This document shows positions 11,050 to 24,149 of a stretch of 64,000 nt of DNA, piece by piece (within the stretch, counting starts at the first letter, position 1; every line of letters begins with the position of its first letter). This DNA is from Octopus vulgaris (taxonomy: Eukaryota). Under the pieces are notes generated by a model. It did not search any database, was not told the DNA's origin, and worked only from the letters and a program-made list of their open reading frames with translations. The stretch is taken from assembly GCA_951406725.2 (NCBI GenBank), contig OX597822.1:4278001-4342000 (forward strand), in the 5' to 3' direction. Both the position numbers and the translations under genes were made by a program.

Positions 11050-11600
11050 GGAGGAAGGTGATGGTGGTAGTTGTTGTGGTGATGGTTGTGGCGGTGGTGG
11101 TGGTAATGGCGGTGGTAATGGTGATAGTGGTGGTAACAGTGGAGTGGTGTTCTGGTGATGGTGGTGGACGGTGGTGGACGGTGGTGGTGGTGGTGGTGGT
11201 GGTGGATGGTGGTGGACGGTGGTGGACGGTGGTGGTGGTGGTGGACGGTGGTGGACGGTGGTGGACGGTGGTGGTGGTGGTGGTGGTGGATGGTGGTGGA
11301 CGGTGGTGGACGGTGGTGGTGGTGGTGGTGGTGGATGGTGGTGGACGGTGGTGGACGGTGGTGGTGGTGGTGGTGGACGGTGGTGGACGGTGGTGGTGGT
11401 GGTGGTGGTGGTGGACGGTGGTGGACGGTGGTGGTGGTGGTGGTGGTGGTGGTGGATGGTGGTGGACGGTGGTGGACGGTGGTGGTGGTGGTGGTGGTGG
11501 TGGTGGACGGTGGTGGACGGTGGTGGACGGTGGTGGTGGTGGTGGTGGTGGTGGTGGACGGTGGTGGACGGTGGTGGACGGTGGGGGGACGGTGGTCGTC
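11050..11600. repeat. (GGT)n/(GGTGGTGGAC)n G-rich repeat
   Basis: Directly visible. Confidence 0.95.
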
Positions 11601-11839
11601 GTAGCAGCGGCGGCGGCAGTAATGTTAACGATCGTACTGATGGTGATGGTGGTGACGGTGACGGCGGCGGTGACACTGATGGCTTCGGTGATGGCGACGT
11701 TGATTCGGAAAACGTAGATATATATTGATGGAGGTAAGAAAGAGAAGTGCTAAGAAAGCAATAGATAATCCTGTATTGTACTATTTGTGTTGGCGAGGAT
11801 TATGATAATAATGTTGTTGTTGTTGCTGATGATGTTGAT

Positions 11840-12195
11840 GTTGAGCGAAGCGGTCTTCTGTCGTGGGAGAAGTCCGATACGTGGTCCTTTGCTATTCGTA
11901 AGACCCACAGAAGAGAAAGCAGGTCAACCCCCGACACCGAGAGCATCGACGGATGGATGAATGTGCATCCAGGCTCAGCGGTTGCGTAGGAAGTTGGGGA
12001 CAAGAAACAGGAAGAAAGAGTGAGAGAAAGCTGGAGCGAAAGAGTACAATAGGGGTCGCCACCACCCCCTGCCGGAGCCTCGTGAAGCTTTAGGCGTTTT
12101 CGCTCAATAAACACACACAACGCCCGGTCTGGGAATCGAAACCGCGATCCTCCGACCGCGAGTCCGCTGCCCTAACCACTGGGCCATTGCGCCTC
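11840..12195 (-). mobile_element. tRNA-derived SINE family B, tail type 1
   Basis: Minus strand head ggcgcaatggcccagtggttagggcagcggactcgcgg...ggtttcgattccc with A and B boxes; resembles octopus OR-type SINEs (recall, unverified). Confidence 0.9.
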
Positions 12196-12987
12196 TGCTT
12201 GTTGTCGCTGCTTCGCCACATGCCAACTGTGACCATTCTGTGTTTGTTTTATAAGCAGAGAACCCAGAGCTATTACGTAATCTACTCACTGTTGTATCTT
12301 CTAAGATGGAAGGTTGAGGTGTGATTGGAGGCAGAATTCTGCTGCTAATCTCTGTCAAGTCAATTGGCCACGCACAAGCTCTCTCCTCGGTTCGCGCTTC
12401 AGATAATCGCAAGACATACTTTCATACTTCACATCTGTCGGGAAGTGACCAACGTCACAAAGGTTACTCTTTCTCGTCTACCTCCTCCTATTCCTCAGAC
12501 TAATTAATTAAAAAGGGGATAATAAACTTAAGTATGTCAGAGTGTCAGTATGTCAGTCATTTAATATTTGATTGGCTTACGGTTTTATTTCTGCCCTTTT
12601 TTATTTGTTTTGTTGGGAGAGTTTTTCCGGTTTGGGGAGAATATTTTATATTTTCTCGTCGAACATTTTTTTCAGCATCGATAGAATTAAATTGACGACG
12701 CTTTCCGTATCTATCGAAAGAAATACAAAATAATTTATTGTCAACATTTTATCGATACACACGTGCTTCTGTGTGTACGCGCGCACAAGTGTGTATATGT
12801 GTGCGTGTGCGTATGTGTGTGTGTGTGTGTGTGCGTGTGTGTGTCTGTGTGTCAGTGTGTGGGGGTGGGGGCTAAGTGAAGCAAACAGGAAAATAGAACT
12901 CAAAACAGGAGTATATATATTTTATTGTCATTAATATTTTAACTAATGTACGAAACACTCGGTCCTTGAGTTACTTTGTTGCTTCTG

Positions 12988-13040
<53 letters not shown>

Positions 13041-13041
<1 letters not shown>

Positions 13042-13436
13042 TAGCAGTATCGCCCGGCGTTGCTCGGGTTTGTAAGGGAAATAACTATATAAGCATTTTT
13101 AGAGATGTAAAGTATAATAGCCATCTCAATATGGCTAACCACAAAGAGGGGGTGTTACTGTAGCTTTTTACGTTCTGAGATTTAATAATAGATTTTTAGA
13201 GAGTTACTTCCCTTATATATGCCAAAAATGCATTAAAAATGGGAAAAATTGATGGTAAATTGTTTTTTAAATCGTAGACTCATCGTAGACGCGCGCTAAT
13301 ACCCAGAAGAGCTCGATATGAATCACGACTATAAGATACCCGGTTTTGGTTAAACTGCACCGCAAAATATGGGAGTAGTTAGGAATCTAAATCGTAGGAG
13401 ACAGACAGCACACAACCTCTCTTTTATATATAAAGA
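13041..13436 (-). mobile_element. non-autonomous Helitron within (TA)n
   Basis: Minus strand begins A|TC and ends with hairpin cccgagcaacgccggg followed by CTAG|T. Confidence 0.85.
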
Positions 13437-13463
13437 TATATATATATATATATATATACATAC

Positions 13464-13498
<35 letters not shown>

Positions 13499-13547
13499 CA
13501 TATATACACACACACATATATATATATATTATATATATATATATATT

Positions 13548-13800
13548 ATCTTTTGTCTGTTTCAGTCAGTAGACTGCGGCCATGCCGGGGCACCGCCTTG
13601 AATTTTTAGTCGGATGAATTGACACCAGTTCTTATTTTTTAAGCCTGATTCTTATTCTAGCGGTCTCTTAAGCAAACTACTAGTTTACGAGGACGTAAAC
13701 ACACCAACACCGGTTGTCAAGTGGTGATGGAAAACAAACACAGACACATACACATAGATACATATGCATATATATACGACGGGCTTCCTTCAATTTCCGA
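13548..13800 (-). mobile_element. SINE family C (truncated)
   Basis: Homologous to 28470-28885 and 49352-49912. Confidence 0.8.
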
Positions 13801-13836
13801 ACTCTACCATTTCCCTCTAGTTAACTCTTTCATATC

Positions 13837-13884
13837 GTCTCTGGTGAAGGATTAACACTAATATCCTTGAAACAGCTGTAAGAC
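13837..13884 (+). ncRNA. minimal type I hammerhead ribozyme motif (core mutated to CTGGTGA)
   Basis: gtct-CTGGTGA-aggat..atcct-t-GAAA-cagctg-TA-agac; stems I and II pair, stem III is palindromic. Confidence 0.7.
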
Positions 13885-14085
13885 TACTTTTATCTTTAGA
13901 AATATCCTAGAAATTCCACACACCCTTGGTTTTGTTGTCTCTTTTTATTTAACATATACATGCTCACACAAGACCCGCATTAGACTTCTCACTCCTATTA
14001 TTATCGAACTGAGAGTTTAACTACGATCCTCCCGTAGCATTTACACAGCCTTACCCGCCATCTTGGGTCGTCTGGATACCAATAC

Positions 14086-14180
<95 letters not shown>

Positions 14181-14359
14181 ATGTATGTATATATGTATGT
14201 ATACACTCAGTTCTCTTTTTGCAAGGGGGATAGGTTCCAGAGACTACCGTGCAAAATAAAACCGTAAAATTAGAGATAGGTTGCATTCAAATATATTTGA
14301 TAAAAAATGCTAATTTTCATATACAAATAAATTGAATTTTTTTATACATATATATATAC

Positions 14360-14443
<84 letters not shown>

Positions 14444-14858
14444 TAATTATTCAGTCATTTAGTGTCACTACTAGACTGTAAACGTGCTCGCTTTCCGTTG
14501 TTTCACGGTGGTGCAAAATCACTCTCGTCGCTGGAAATATTTAATGGTGATACATCTTCATGAGCATCTTGAATAAAATTAACATCTTGTGTTTCTTTTG
14601 TCTCACTGGTTTTGAATACGAATTCGGTTATCAGACGCTGTGATCTTGTTTTTGTTTGTTCTTTATATGATTCTTCATAACTTGCCATAATCATTTTCCA
14701 ATCACGTTGGAATTGCACGGATCGTTCAACAATTGTTATCATTTGTAAGAAAATGATTTCCAAGTCTATTGGCTTTTCGGAAGTCTTCCAGAATTGAACT
14801 TGCAGATAGTGGAACCACTTCTTCATCAGCACTACTACAAACTAACGTGGAATCATAC

Positions 14859-15168
14859 GTTCGTTGTTTGTTCCTTCTCGATCCACGCCTGGTTCATAAG
14901 GGCCGGTTTTTTCGGTTTCCTTGGCGTATAAGTTCCTCACGTGGACGGGACGCCGATCCGTCACAGGTGAGCTGCAAGATGCAGGAGGAAAGAGTGAGAG
15001 AAAGTTGTGGCGAAAGAGTCAGCAGAAGTTCGCCATTACCTTCTGCCGGAGCCACGTGGAGCTTAGGTGTTTCGCTCATAAACACATACATCGCCCGGTC
15101 TGAGATTCGAACCCGCGATCCCTCGACCGCGAGTCCGCTGCTCTAACCACTAGGCCATGTGCCTCCAC
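14859..15168 (-). mobile_element. SINE family B, tail type 2, inserted in the Tigger element
   Basis: tRNA head at 15100-15168; TSD-like aatcata at 14851 and 15172. Confidence 0.88.
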
Positions 15169-17019
15169 TTTAATCATATACATTCTCTGAAATACTTTCT
15201 ATAATTTGTTCTTCATTAGGAGCTTCGTTAATTGTTAATCCTGCAATATCTTCAATTGTTAATTCTTTGCCAATCTGATGTGACAAAGTGATGATATCAG
15301 AATGTAATTCGTTCGTATTTAGATGCGAGATTTTAGACTTTACACATTCTGGCCAAAGTGATCTCCAGCATGCATTTAGGGTGGATGGCTTTAATCTGGA
15401 TAAAGCCAGGACAGCATACTTAACACAATTAATTATAGTAAATTTTTTCCATGCTTGAATGAGTGAAAGTGAATCCTTTTCCTAGTTCATCTGTAATATA
15501 TTCAAATGTTCACTGGATATAATATGATTTGAATATTGAAATTATACCCTGATCAAGCAGTTGAATCAACGATATTGTATTAGGTGGCAAGAATACGACT
15601 TTTACATTCGGGTGTATCAAATCTGGATGACCGGGTGCATTGTCTATAAGTAAAAAGACTTTAAACTCAAGACCTTTACCTTCCATATATCTTCTTACTT
15701 CAGGAAGAAGATATATGGAAGAAGCAGTTGTTAAACCATTCAGTAAATATTTCTACCGCCACCCATGATTTTCTATTGGCTTTCCAATGAACTGGTAATT
15801 TACTTAATTCTACGCCTTTCATTGCACATGGGTGAACTGATCGATTAATTAATAACTGTTTTAATAAACAATTTCCTAAAGCGTTGCTATATAAGAAGGA
15901 AAGTTACACGGTCTTTATCTGCCTTAAAACCATTGGAACTTTTCTCTGATTTTGCTAAATAAGTTTTATTTGGCATTTTTTTCACCTGCGTTGAAAACTT
16001 GGTCTGAACCCTAACTGCCTTCTTCAATTATTTTGGCTAGTATTGGAAGAAAATCTTCAGCAGCAGTCTTATCTTCCGATGAAATTTCACCTCTCATTTT
16101 TATATTATGCAGTGCATGTCTTTCGAAGAATTTTGTAAGCCATCCCGTACTCGCAGCAAATTCATTCTCCTTTTTATTACTAGATAGATGTAACGCACTT
16201 GACGACTGCGGGTCATTAATCTTCTTGTAAAATCGTAATGCCATCTGTTTTATGCTTTTACGATCTACTGGTATCCTTTTTTTTATTGTTTTCTATCCAT
16301 ATTATTAAAACTTCCTCCGTTTTTACTAGAATCATGTTTCTTGTATATGACGACGACTTGGCAGATAATTTTGTTCCAGAAGCTACAGATCCACTAATGG
16401 CAGCATCCTTCATTTTGATCGTTCTTATCGTAGCTTTGTTCAGGCAGAAAGCTCTACCCAAGGAAGTTCCACTTTCGCCCTTACGAAGACGATCCAAAAC
16501 ATTGATCTTGGTCTCCAAACAAATTAATGCTCTTTCATTTTTCTTAGATATATCAACCGACATTTTGGGGTAGGTTATCACTCCCACGATCGCAAATAAA
16601 AATACAGCAGAGGATGAAACACGCAACACATCTTTCGTATTAGACCCGATGCTAACGACAGCCGCCGCGCGCCGTTTGATGGAGCGGTTATACGCAGCCA
16701 GAGATATGGACATTGCATAGGTCCCGCACACACCAGCGAGTGAGGGATCGCTATACGGAAAAAATAGATTGGATTCTATTTTACTTCGCTAAATTGTTAC
16801 TTAATCATGTTACATAGAGTCTCGGCATTTTGTAAATTATAATTGGTTGATGTTACTTAATTGTTTAGTTGCCACTTGCAATAAATTCGGTGGTCACACA
16901 AGGACAGATGTTTAAACCGTGTTAAAGTAAAAAATAAAAAGAAAGTGCAAAACTGTTATATCGCAATACTACACAGTGGCTGTGTGAGCTACGCAATGTT
17001 CGTCGCCACTGTTATATCG

Positions 17020-17640
17020 CAATACTTCAGTAAGTGATGGATACTATGCTAGCAGATTGTAAGTTCGCGGTCCCATACTTGGATGACATATTGATCAAAA
17101 GTGAATCAAGGGACCAACATATTGAACATATAGAAGACGTTTTCAACCGAATATGTGATTACGGGTTCAAAGTAAGGGAGGATAAATGTGAATTTTTCTT
17201 GATAAAAATAAAGTACGGGCGAAAACCTTCTAGGATCGACGCGATAAAAAAAAGGCCTGCTTCCACTAACAAAACAACATTACAAGCACTTTTAGGTTTG
17301 GTACGTTATTACCAGTTGTACATAGCTAAAATGTATGAGCAAAGAGTTCCGTTTAATAAGTTGCTAAAGAAGGACTCGAAATGGAGCTGGACAAACGAAT
17401 GTCAGAAATCATTCGAGGAATTAAAAAAGCAGTTAACGTCAGAGTTATCATTAACTGATTTCGACCCAAATCTGAAAATAATTGTGTCATCGGATGCCAG
17501 TGAATATGGTATAGGAGCTGTGATATTGCATAAATTTAATGATGGTAAAATCAAAGCTATTGCACATGAATCGAGAGTTGAATGAAGTAGAAGTCATCCG
17601 AACGTGCGACATAAAAACAATAATCGGCTCTTTTTGTTGG
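17020..17640 (+). mobile_element. Gypsy/Ty3 pol fragment (RT plus RNase H), no LTRs
   Basis: YLDDILI, KCEFF, LQALLGLVRYY, WSWTNECQKSFEELK, SDASEYGIGAVI. Confidence 0.9.
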
Positions 17641-17699
17641 ACTGTGTTATTTCAAAACCGTGCAAAAAGGGAATTGAGTATATATAATTGATAATAATA

Positions 17700-17992
17700 A
17701 TATTAGGGAGTAAATCCAAACTTACAGGGAAAAATTAGATTTAGGATTAAATCTACTTTTATAGTATAAATATATATATATTAAATTAGACATAAAACCA
17801 CTATTAGGCAAATCAAACAGTGAAAATCATAAACCAATACATAGAAATAAAATTAATTAATAAAAATATATAAAATATAAAATTCAAAATTTTAATTATT
17901 TAAATTTAAAGTTAAAATTTAAAAAATTATTAAAATTAATAATTAATACTTATAAATTTATTTATATATATATATTATTATTATTATTATTA

Positions 17993-18080
<88 letters not shown>

Positions 18081-18296
18081 TATTATTATTATTATTTTTA
18101 TAAATAAATATAACTATCAAAAAGTATTAAAAGTTTAATATAAGATAAAGAGTAAAACCACTTTAAAGTTAAATAATTTAAATTTTGAATTTTATATTTT
18201 ATATATTTTTATTAATTAATTTTATTTCTATGTATTGGTTAATGATTTTTACTGTTTGATTTGCCTAATAGTGGTTTTATCTCTAATTTAATATAT
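17700..18296. repeat. AT-rich interspersed repeat with ~120-bp internal inverted duplication
   Basis: 17780-17900 is the reverse complement of about 18175-18296; another copy at 37600-37890. Confidence 0.75.
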
Positions 18297-18298
18297 AA

Positions 18299-18367
<69 letters not shown>

Positions 18368-18372
<5 letters not shown>

Positions 18373-18688
18373 GCACACTGTCGGTTACGACGACGAGGGT
18401 TCCAGTTGATCTGATCAACAGAACAGACTGTTCGTGAAATTAACGTGCAAGTGGCTGAGAACTCCACAGACACATGTACCTTTAACGTAGTTCCTGGGGA
18501 GATTCAGCGTGACACAGATTGTAACAAGCTGACTCTTTGAAATACAGGTACAACTCATTTTTGCCAGCTGAGTGGACTGGAGCAACGTGAAATAAAGTAT
18601 ATTACTCAAGGACACAAAGCGTCGCCGGGAATTGAACTCACTACCTTATGATCGCGAGTCGAATACCCTAACCATTAGGCTACGCGCC

Positions 18689-18690
<2 letters not shown>
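18368..18690 (-). mobile_element. SINE related to family B, tail type 3
   Basis: Tail gtcggttacgacgacgagggttccagttgatc is shared with 43057 and 58750; tRNA-like head at 18625-18690. Confidence 0.8.
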
Positions 18691-18743
<53 letters not shown>

Positions 18744-19286
18744 TGTGAGTGTGTGTGTATGTGTGTGTGTCTGTAAGTATATATATATTGTGTGTGTATG
18801 AGTGTGTGTGTACGTGTGTGTGTATATGTGTTTGTTAATACCAATTTGACTCAACTTCATATGACTCTAAGATTCGTGGATTCGTGGGACGGACTCATCT
18901 CATCAGATATGTGAAGAAGAGTCTCTCTCTATCATCACACCAAAAATTATTACTTCATATAAACTTAAAATCAAACAGTATAAACTTAAAATCAAACAGT
19001 ACCATTTACTATCATTTGACTACTCACCGTATCTGCATCTGGGTGTATATATGTATGTGTGTGTACGTATTTAATACACATACAATATGCAGTTATAGAT
19101 ACAACATCCTCATGTATGCATTCAAAAAACTCAGTTATTGATGTATTTCATTAAGTTACATTGAACGTAACTTAGGATGAGTTAAATGTCAGAACCCCAA
19201 ACTATCAATGGTTATTTAATATGTTAACTATTATATCTACATGTTCCGCATAGAAACAGCAACTGTTTTCCAACTTGCCATTGTTT

Positions 19287-19791
19287 AGTATGTATGTATG
19301 TATGTATGTATGTATGTATGTATGTATGTATGTATGTATGTATGTATGTATGTATGTGTATGTATGTATGTATGTATGTATGTATGTATGTATGTATGTA
19401 TGTATGTATGTGTGTATGTATGTATGTATGTATGTACGTATGTATGTATGTGTGTATGTATGTATGTGTGTATGTATGTATGTGTGTATGTATGTATGTG
19501 TGTATGTATGTATGTACGTATGTATGTGTGTATGTATGTATGTGTGTATGTATGTGTGTATGTATGTATGTATGTGTGTGTGTATGTATGTATGTATGTA
19601 TGCATGTATGTGTGTATGTATATATATGTGTGTGTGTGTGTGTATCATGACTTATATCTGAGAATAAGAAATCAATACCTCATTATGTTTATTATACCTT
19701 ATATTTTGCTTACTATGACATTAATATATGTAGATATACGTGTGTGTATGCGAATGTGTATATAGATATATATACATACACACACAAACAG

Positions 19792-19848
<57 letters not shown>

Positions 19849-19873
19849 CATACAGACATACAGACATACACAA

Positions 19874-19911
<38 letters not shown>

Positions 19912-19918
19912 TACACAA

Positions 19919-19980
<62 letters not shown>

Positions 19981-20330
19981 CATATATATATATTTCGTCT
20001 TAGTAAGCAAAATATGGTAAATAATATGACTTATTGATTTACATAATATATATATGTGAGTGTGTGTGTATAAATATATACACAGACGGACACACCCAGA
20101 CACAAATACACACGCATATACATACATGTTTATACATACATATTTATACATACATACATACATACATACATACATAAATACATACATACATGCATACATA
20201 CATGCATGCATACATACATACATACATACAGACAGACAGACATGCATAAATACATACATACATACATACATACATACATACATACATACATACATACATA
20301 CATACATGCATGCATACATACATGCATACA
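19287..20330. repeat. (TATG)n, (TA)n and (TACA)n microsatellite cluster
   Basis: Directly visible. Confidence 0.95.
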
Positions 20331-20997
20331 AGTTAAATTGTCACACATAATCGAGATCTCATTATCATCGAATCTTCGATTTCCTATAACATAGCATTAA
20401 TTTAAAAATATAATTTCTAATTTGACACCTTATCATACAAATTCTTCATTTTTCCCAAAATCAATTCAAGAATTAATAGCTTTGCAACGAGTCTCTCTGG
20501 CTTTCGTTCTCTCTCTAGCTCTCGTCTTGCTTTACTCTGTCTATCGTTTATTTTTGCCTTACCTGTCATCCTCTTTCCATCTTACTCTTCCTCTCCATCT
20601 CTTCCTTTTTCCGTCTGTCTCTTCCTCTTTCTATCTTACTCTCCGCGTCTTATTTTCTTTATAATTTTCAATTAGTCTTTCCTTCCTTTTCGTAGACTTT
20701 TCTTTCAAATTCTAATCCGCCACAAGGGATAAAAATATCAAAGGATTTACATCATAATGTTAAGGCCAATGATAAATATTCAAAAATGCATTCCGAGTAA
20801 CAGAGAAGTGTAAATAAGCGTGTAGCTTTATAAAATATTATAAGTTATGGTAAACGGACTTTGGGTATCCAGAGGACTAGCAAGGAATATTCTGGACGAA
20901 GGTTAGGATATAAAAACTATAAAAACCAGACAGTCACAAATAAGGGAGACATATTATACACATTTAGATCTAAACAAAGTATTACTGCTAATCTATG

Positions 20998-21120
<123 letters not shown>

Positions 21121-21342
21121 AGGCAGCGAGCTGCCAGAGTCATTAGCTCGCCGAGCAAACTGTTTAGCAACGGGTCGTCTGTCTTCATGTTTTGAGTTTA
21201 AATTCCGCCGAGGTTGACTTTCACTTTGCCTTTCAACCTTTCGCAGTTGATGAAATATGTACCACTTGAACACTGGTGTCGGCGTAATCGACTTATCTTT
21301 TTCCCCCGAAAGTGCTGGCCCTGTGCCAAAATTTGAAATCAA
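21121..21342 (+). mobile_element. SINE A, full length
   Basis: Head aggcagcgagctg..., core, and tail tgtgccaaaatttgaaa. Confidence 0.85.
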
Positions 21343-21618
21343 TCACTATATAAAATGCATAAAAGTAAGCATGCCATCGGACTCAAACTCCCGTTGGCTT
21401 AGTATTATCGTCACTATACTGTGTCATCCAAGAAATCCAATAATGTGACAGTGTCCTTCTATTCAAATATTGATATATATACGACTTTGCATAGGGTAAA
21501 GCCGCACATACAAATGCATACACACGTACATATATATTTATTACTTCTAAAGAAGAAAGAGCAACAAATTTATGTTCTTATATGCCTTTACATAATTATA
21601 TATATATATATATATATA

Positions 21619-21989
21619 GCTGAAGTTGTCTGTGTGTGGCAGGTTTGGTAGCCTTCAACTAACACTATCTCCTCCGAGACCCTACGGCGCAAGTTGACCA
21701 AAATTAAAAGTATGATAGAAGACTTGTTCTTCATTCTGTAGAAGATAAAATTCAAATCGGACCATGTTAAGACCAAAAATTATTTACATCAAAATGGTGC
21801 TTTTTTCTATGAAAATCCCTATTTGTTACGATTTTTTTACTGCTGTGTCACCATTTTTCGGTGTATTTCAACCAGAAAAATGTTCACTTAAAGAGAATAA
21901 CAAGCTACATAATGCAAAATTTTTACTTTTTAAAAATTCCAGTTTTAAAGGGTCGAAATAAACCCTAGCAACGCCGGGCGATACTGCTA

Positions 21990-21990
<1 letters not shown>
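21619..21990 (+). mobile_element. non-autonomous Helitron within (TA)n
   Basis: 3' end aaaccctagcaacgccgggcgatactgCTAG|T is near-identical to that of the 13041 element. Confidence 0.8.
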
Positions 21991-22063
<73 letters not shown>

Positions 22064-23754
22064 ATTATATCCTGTACGTCTTCGTGATCTTGCAAATAAT
22101 TCTCTTACGTTTGTTTCTGGTCAAGAGCAACGAACGTGTTCAATTACTGCTGGTCGGTAGCCATCTTAGAAATCACTAGAATAAAAAAAATCACTTGACT
22201 TTTCTCTATGGTCCAACTCCTCCAAAAAATTTCTCACTGTACAGAGGTTTTTACACATGTCCAAATAAAATTCACAATTTCTAAAACAATTTATATTTCT
22301 GAACTGAAAAATTTTGCTTAGTAAATAAATGCTTACATGGGTGATATTGTGAATAATAGACACTCAAGACAGAATCAAGAGCTCAGCTAGGTCAAGTTTT
22401 TGACTTATCGTAGTTGTGTCTGTTTCGTTAAGTTTATTCAGTGGTATGTCATAAATACTGATAATTTTAATAAGACTTTGTCATTTGCATTTTTATGCCA
22501 GCATATTTGGCGGTTCCTGTTTACGTTTATGAAGTCCAATAATATTTTTACAACATAGTGTATAAATATAACTATTTGAAGGATATCTTGTAGAGTAATT
22601 GAACGTTAAACTGAATGGAGCTCTGCTTTGCAAATCACTTTGCAGAGAACACGTGACTGTAGCACTAATTTCAGAAATGCATCTAACAGTAGCAGTTGCG
22701 GGAGATAGGAACTGTTATTGCTCCTCGAAGGTTTGAGTTTTCTGGAGCAAGAATTGCAATAACATCACTAATATTCTCCATGACTGTAAGAAAGGTTACT
22801 GTAAGCAATATTCAAAGTTATTACAAAGCTAGCTGCTGTAGTAAAACCACTTTGCTTACAAAGAGAGAACAAGCTATTTTGCTCGGTGACAAAATTAGAT
22901 TTTAGCAGTTCGTCTTATTTATTTGCAGTTCTGATACAGAAAGAAATTCGGATGTGAATTTTTTTACAGTTGTCATGTTGACATTTAAAATTGCTGGCTT
23001 TAAACTAGCTAATGATTGCATGTCAGCCATGCTACCACTACCATTTCACTATTAACAGTAAACTCAGATCTGTTCTCCTTATGTTTGCTGAAAACTCGAG
23101 TTTCTTGTTCGTATTTCCGTTTTATACTCTTCTCTCATTTTAAACAGATCCTTTATCAGTTTAACTTTTGCAACTGAAAACTTAGGCAATCTTCAAATCG
23201 AAAAAAATCATTCTTGCTTAAATTTCGATTGCCATAAAAATATTTGTTTTCGGAAACATTTCCGAATGAATGTTCTAATTAGTTGTGATCCATCTTGCCA
23301 GCATGCGAGGAAAATAGAAAAGCATTAATCTAAACATAAGTCGTATCATAAGTATGGATCGCATTCAGCGACTTAAAATCATCGTTTGGACTCATAATGC
23401 ATAAAGATGTTGAAACTGATAACAGGAACTGCTCGCACATTAATTCCTGTTTACTTTTGTTCGCGTCCTTTTGGTAACATGCTGTACATACAATCAATTC
23501 TCTTTCGATTAGCTACCTGTGCCCTCCCTCTTCAAACCAACGATATCTACCTGTAACTTCTAAGAATCCAACATGCAGAAACGACAACTTAGAAAAGAAA
23601 AGATTAATGGTTAGTTTGTCAATCTTACGATTTCTAGAGTATAGTCCTTTAAGGAAAAATGACAGCGAAACCTATTATTAACTCGGAATCAGTACGCAAC
23701 AGATTTGATAACCGTATACTGTTCACCAGCTACAGTTTGTGTGTGTATGCGTGT

Positions 23755-23836
<82 letters not shown>

Positions 23837-24149
23837 TGCCTTGTTGACAGTGACTTCAAACTTTCGGCTAGCTAACCAACTGTTGGACTGTTGGACTGCG
23901 ATGCATTAGAATTAGTCTTGCCTTTATATAGTCTCTCTTGAGTTAAAATCTTCTTCGAGTGTGTGAGTTTGAGTAGGGGATAATTAGATTTCGTGGCTGG
24001 TAGTTATGGAAAGGTGGGTAGGAAATGTATTAACTGGTTAAATTTGAAGTCATGTTACTATTAAGAATTTGCTCATGCATGTATAAATTTGTAAACAATC
24101 CTGTAGGAGTTTCACTTTTGTTATGTAGGCACAAGGTGTGACAGTGGTC

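Larger units (their letters stand above)
14206..17678 (-). mobile_element. decayed Tigger/pogo DNA transposon with both TIRs
   Basis: CENP-B-type HTH (KINVLDRLRKGES; FAASTGWLTKF), DDE motifs QVFNA, LLIDNAPGHP, FLPPNT..LIQLLDQGI; TIRs ctcagttctctttttgcaagg / ccgtgcaaaaagggaattgag|TA. Confidence 0.9.

Noticed and set aside
9800-11728. 390-497 aa E/K/R- and P/H-rich ORFs resembling extensins or acidic proteins
   Set aside because: Pure GAA/GGA/GGT repeats open in several frames on both strands
12120-12195. tRNA genes at SINE heads (also 15100, 43057, 58920, 63669)
   Set aside because: A/B boxes run into SINE bodies, often with TSDs; no proper acceptor stem or terminator
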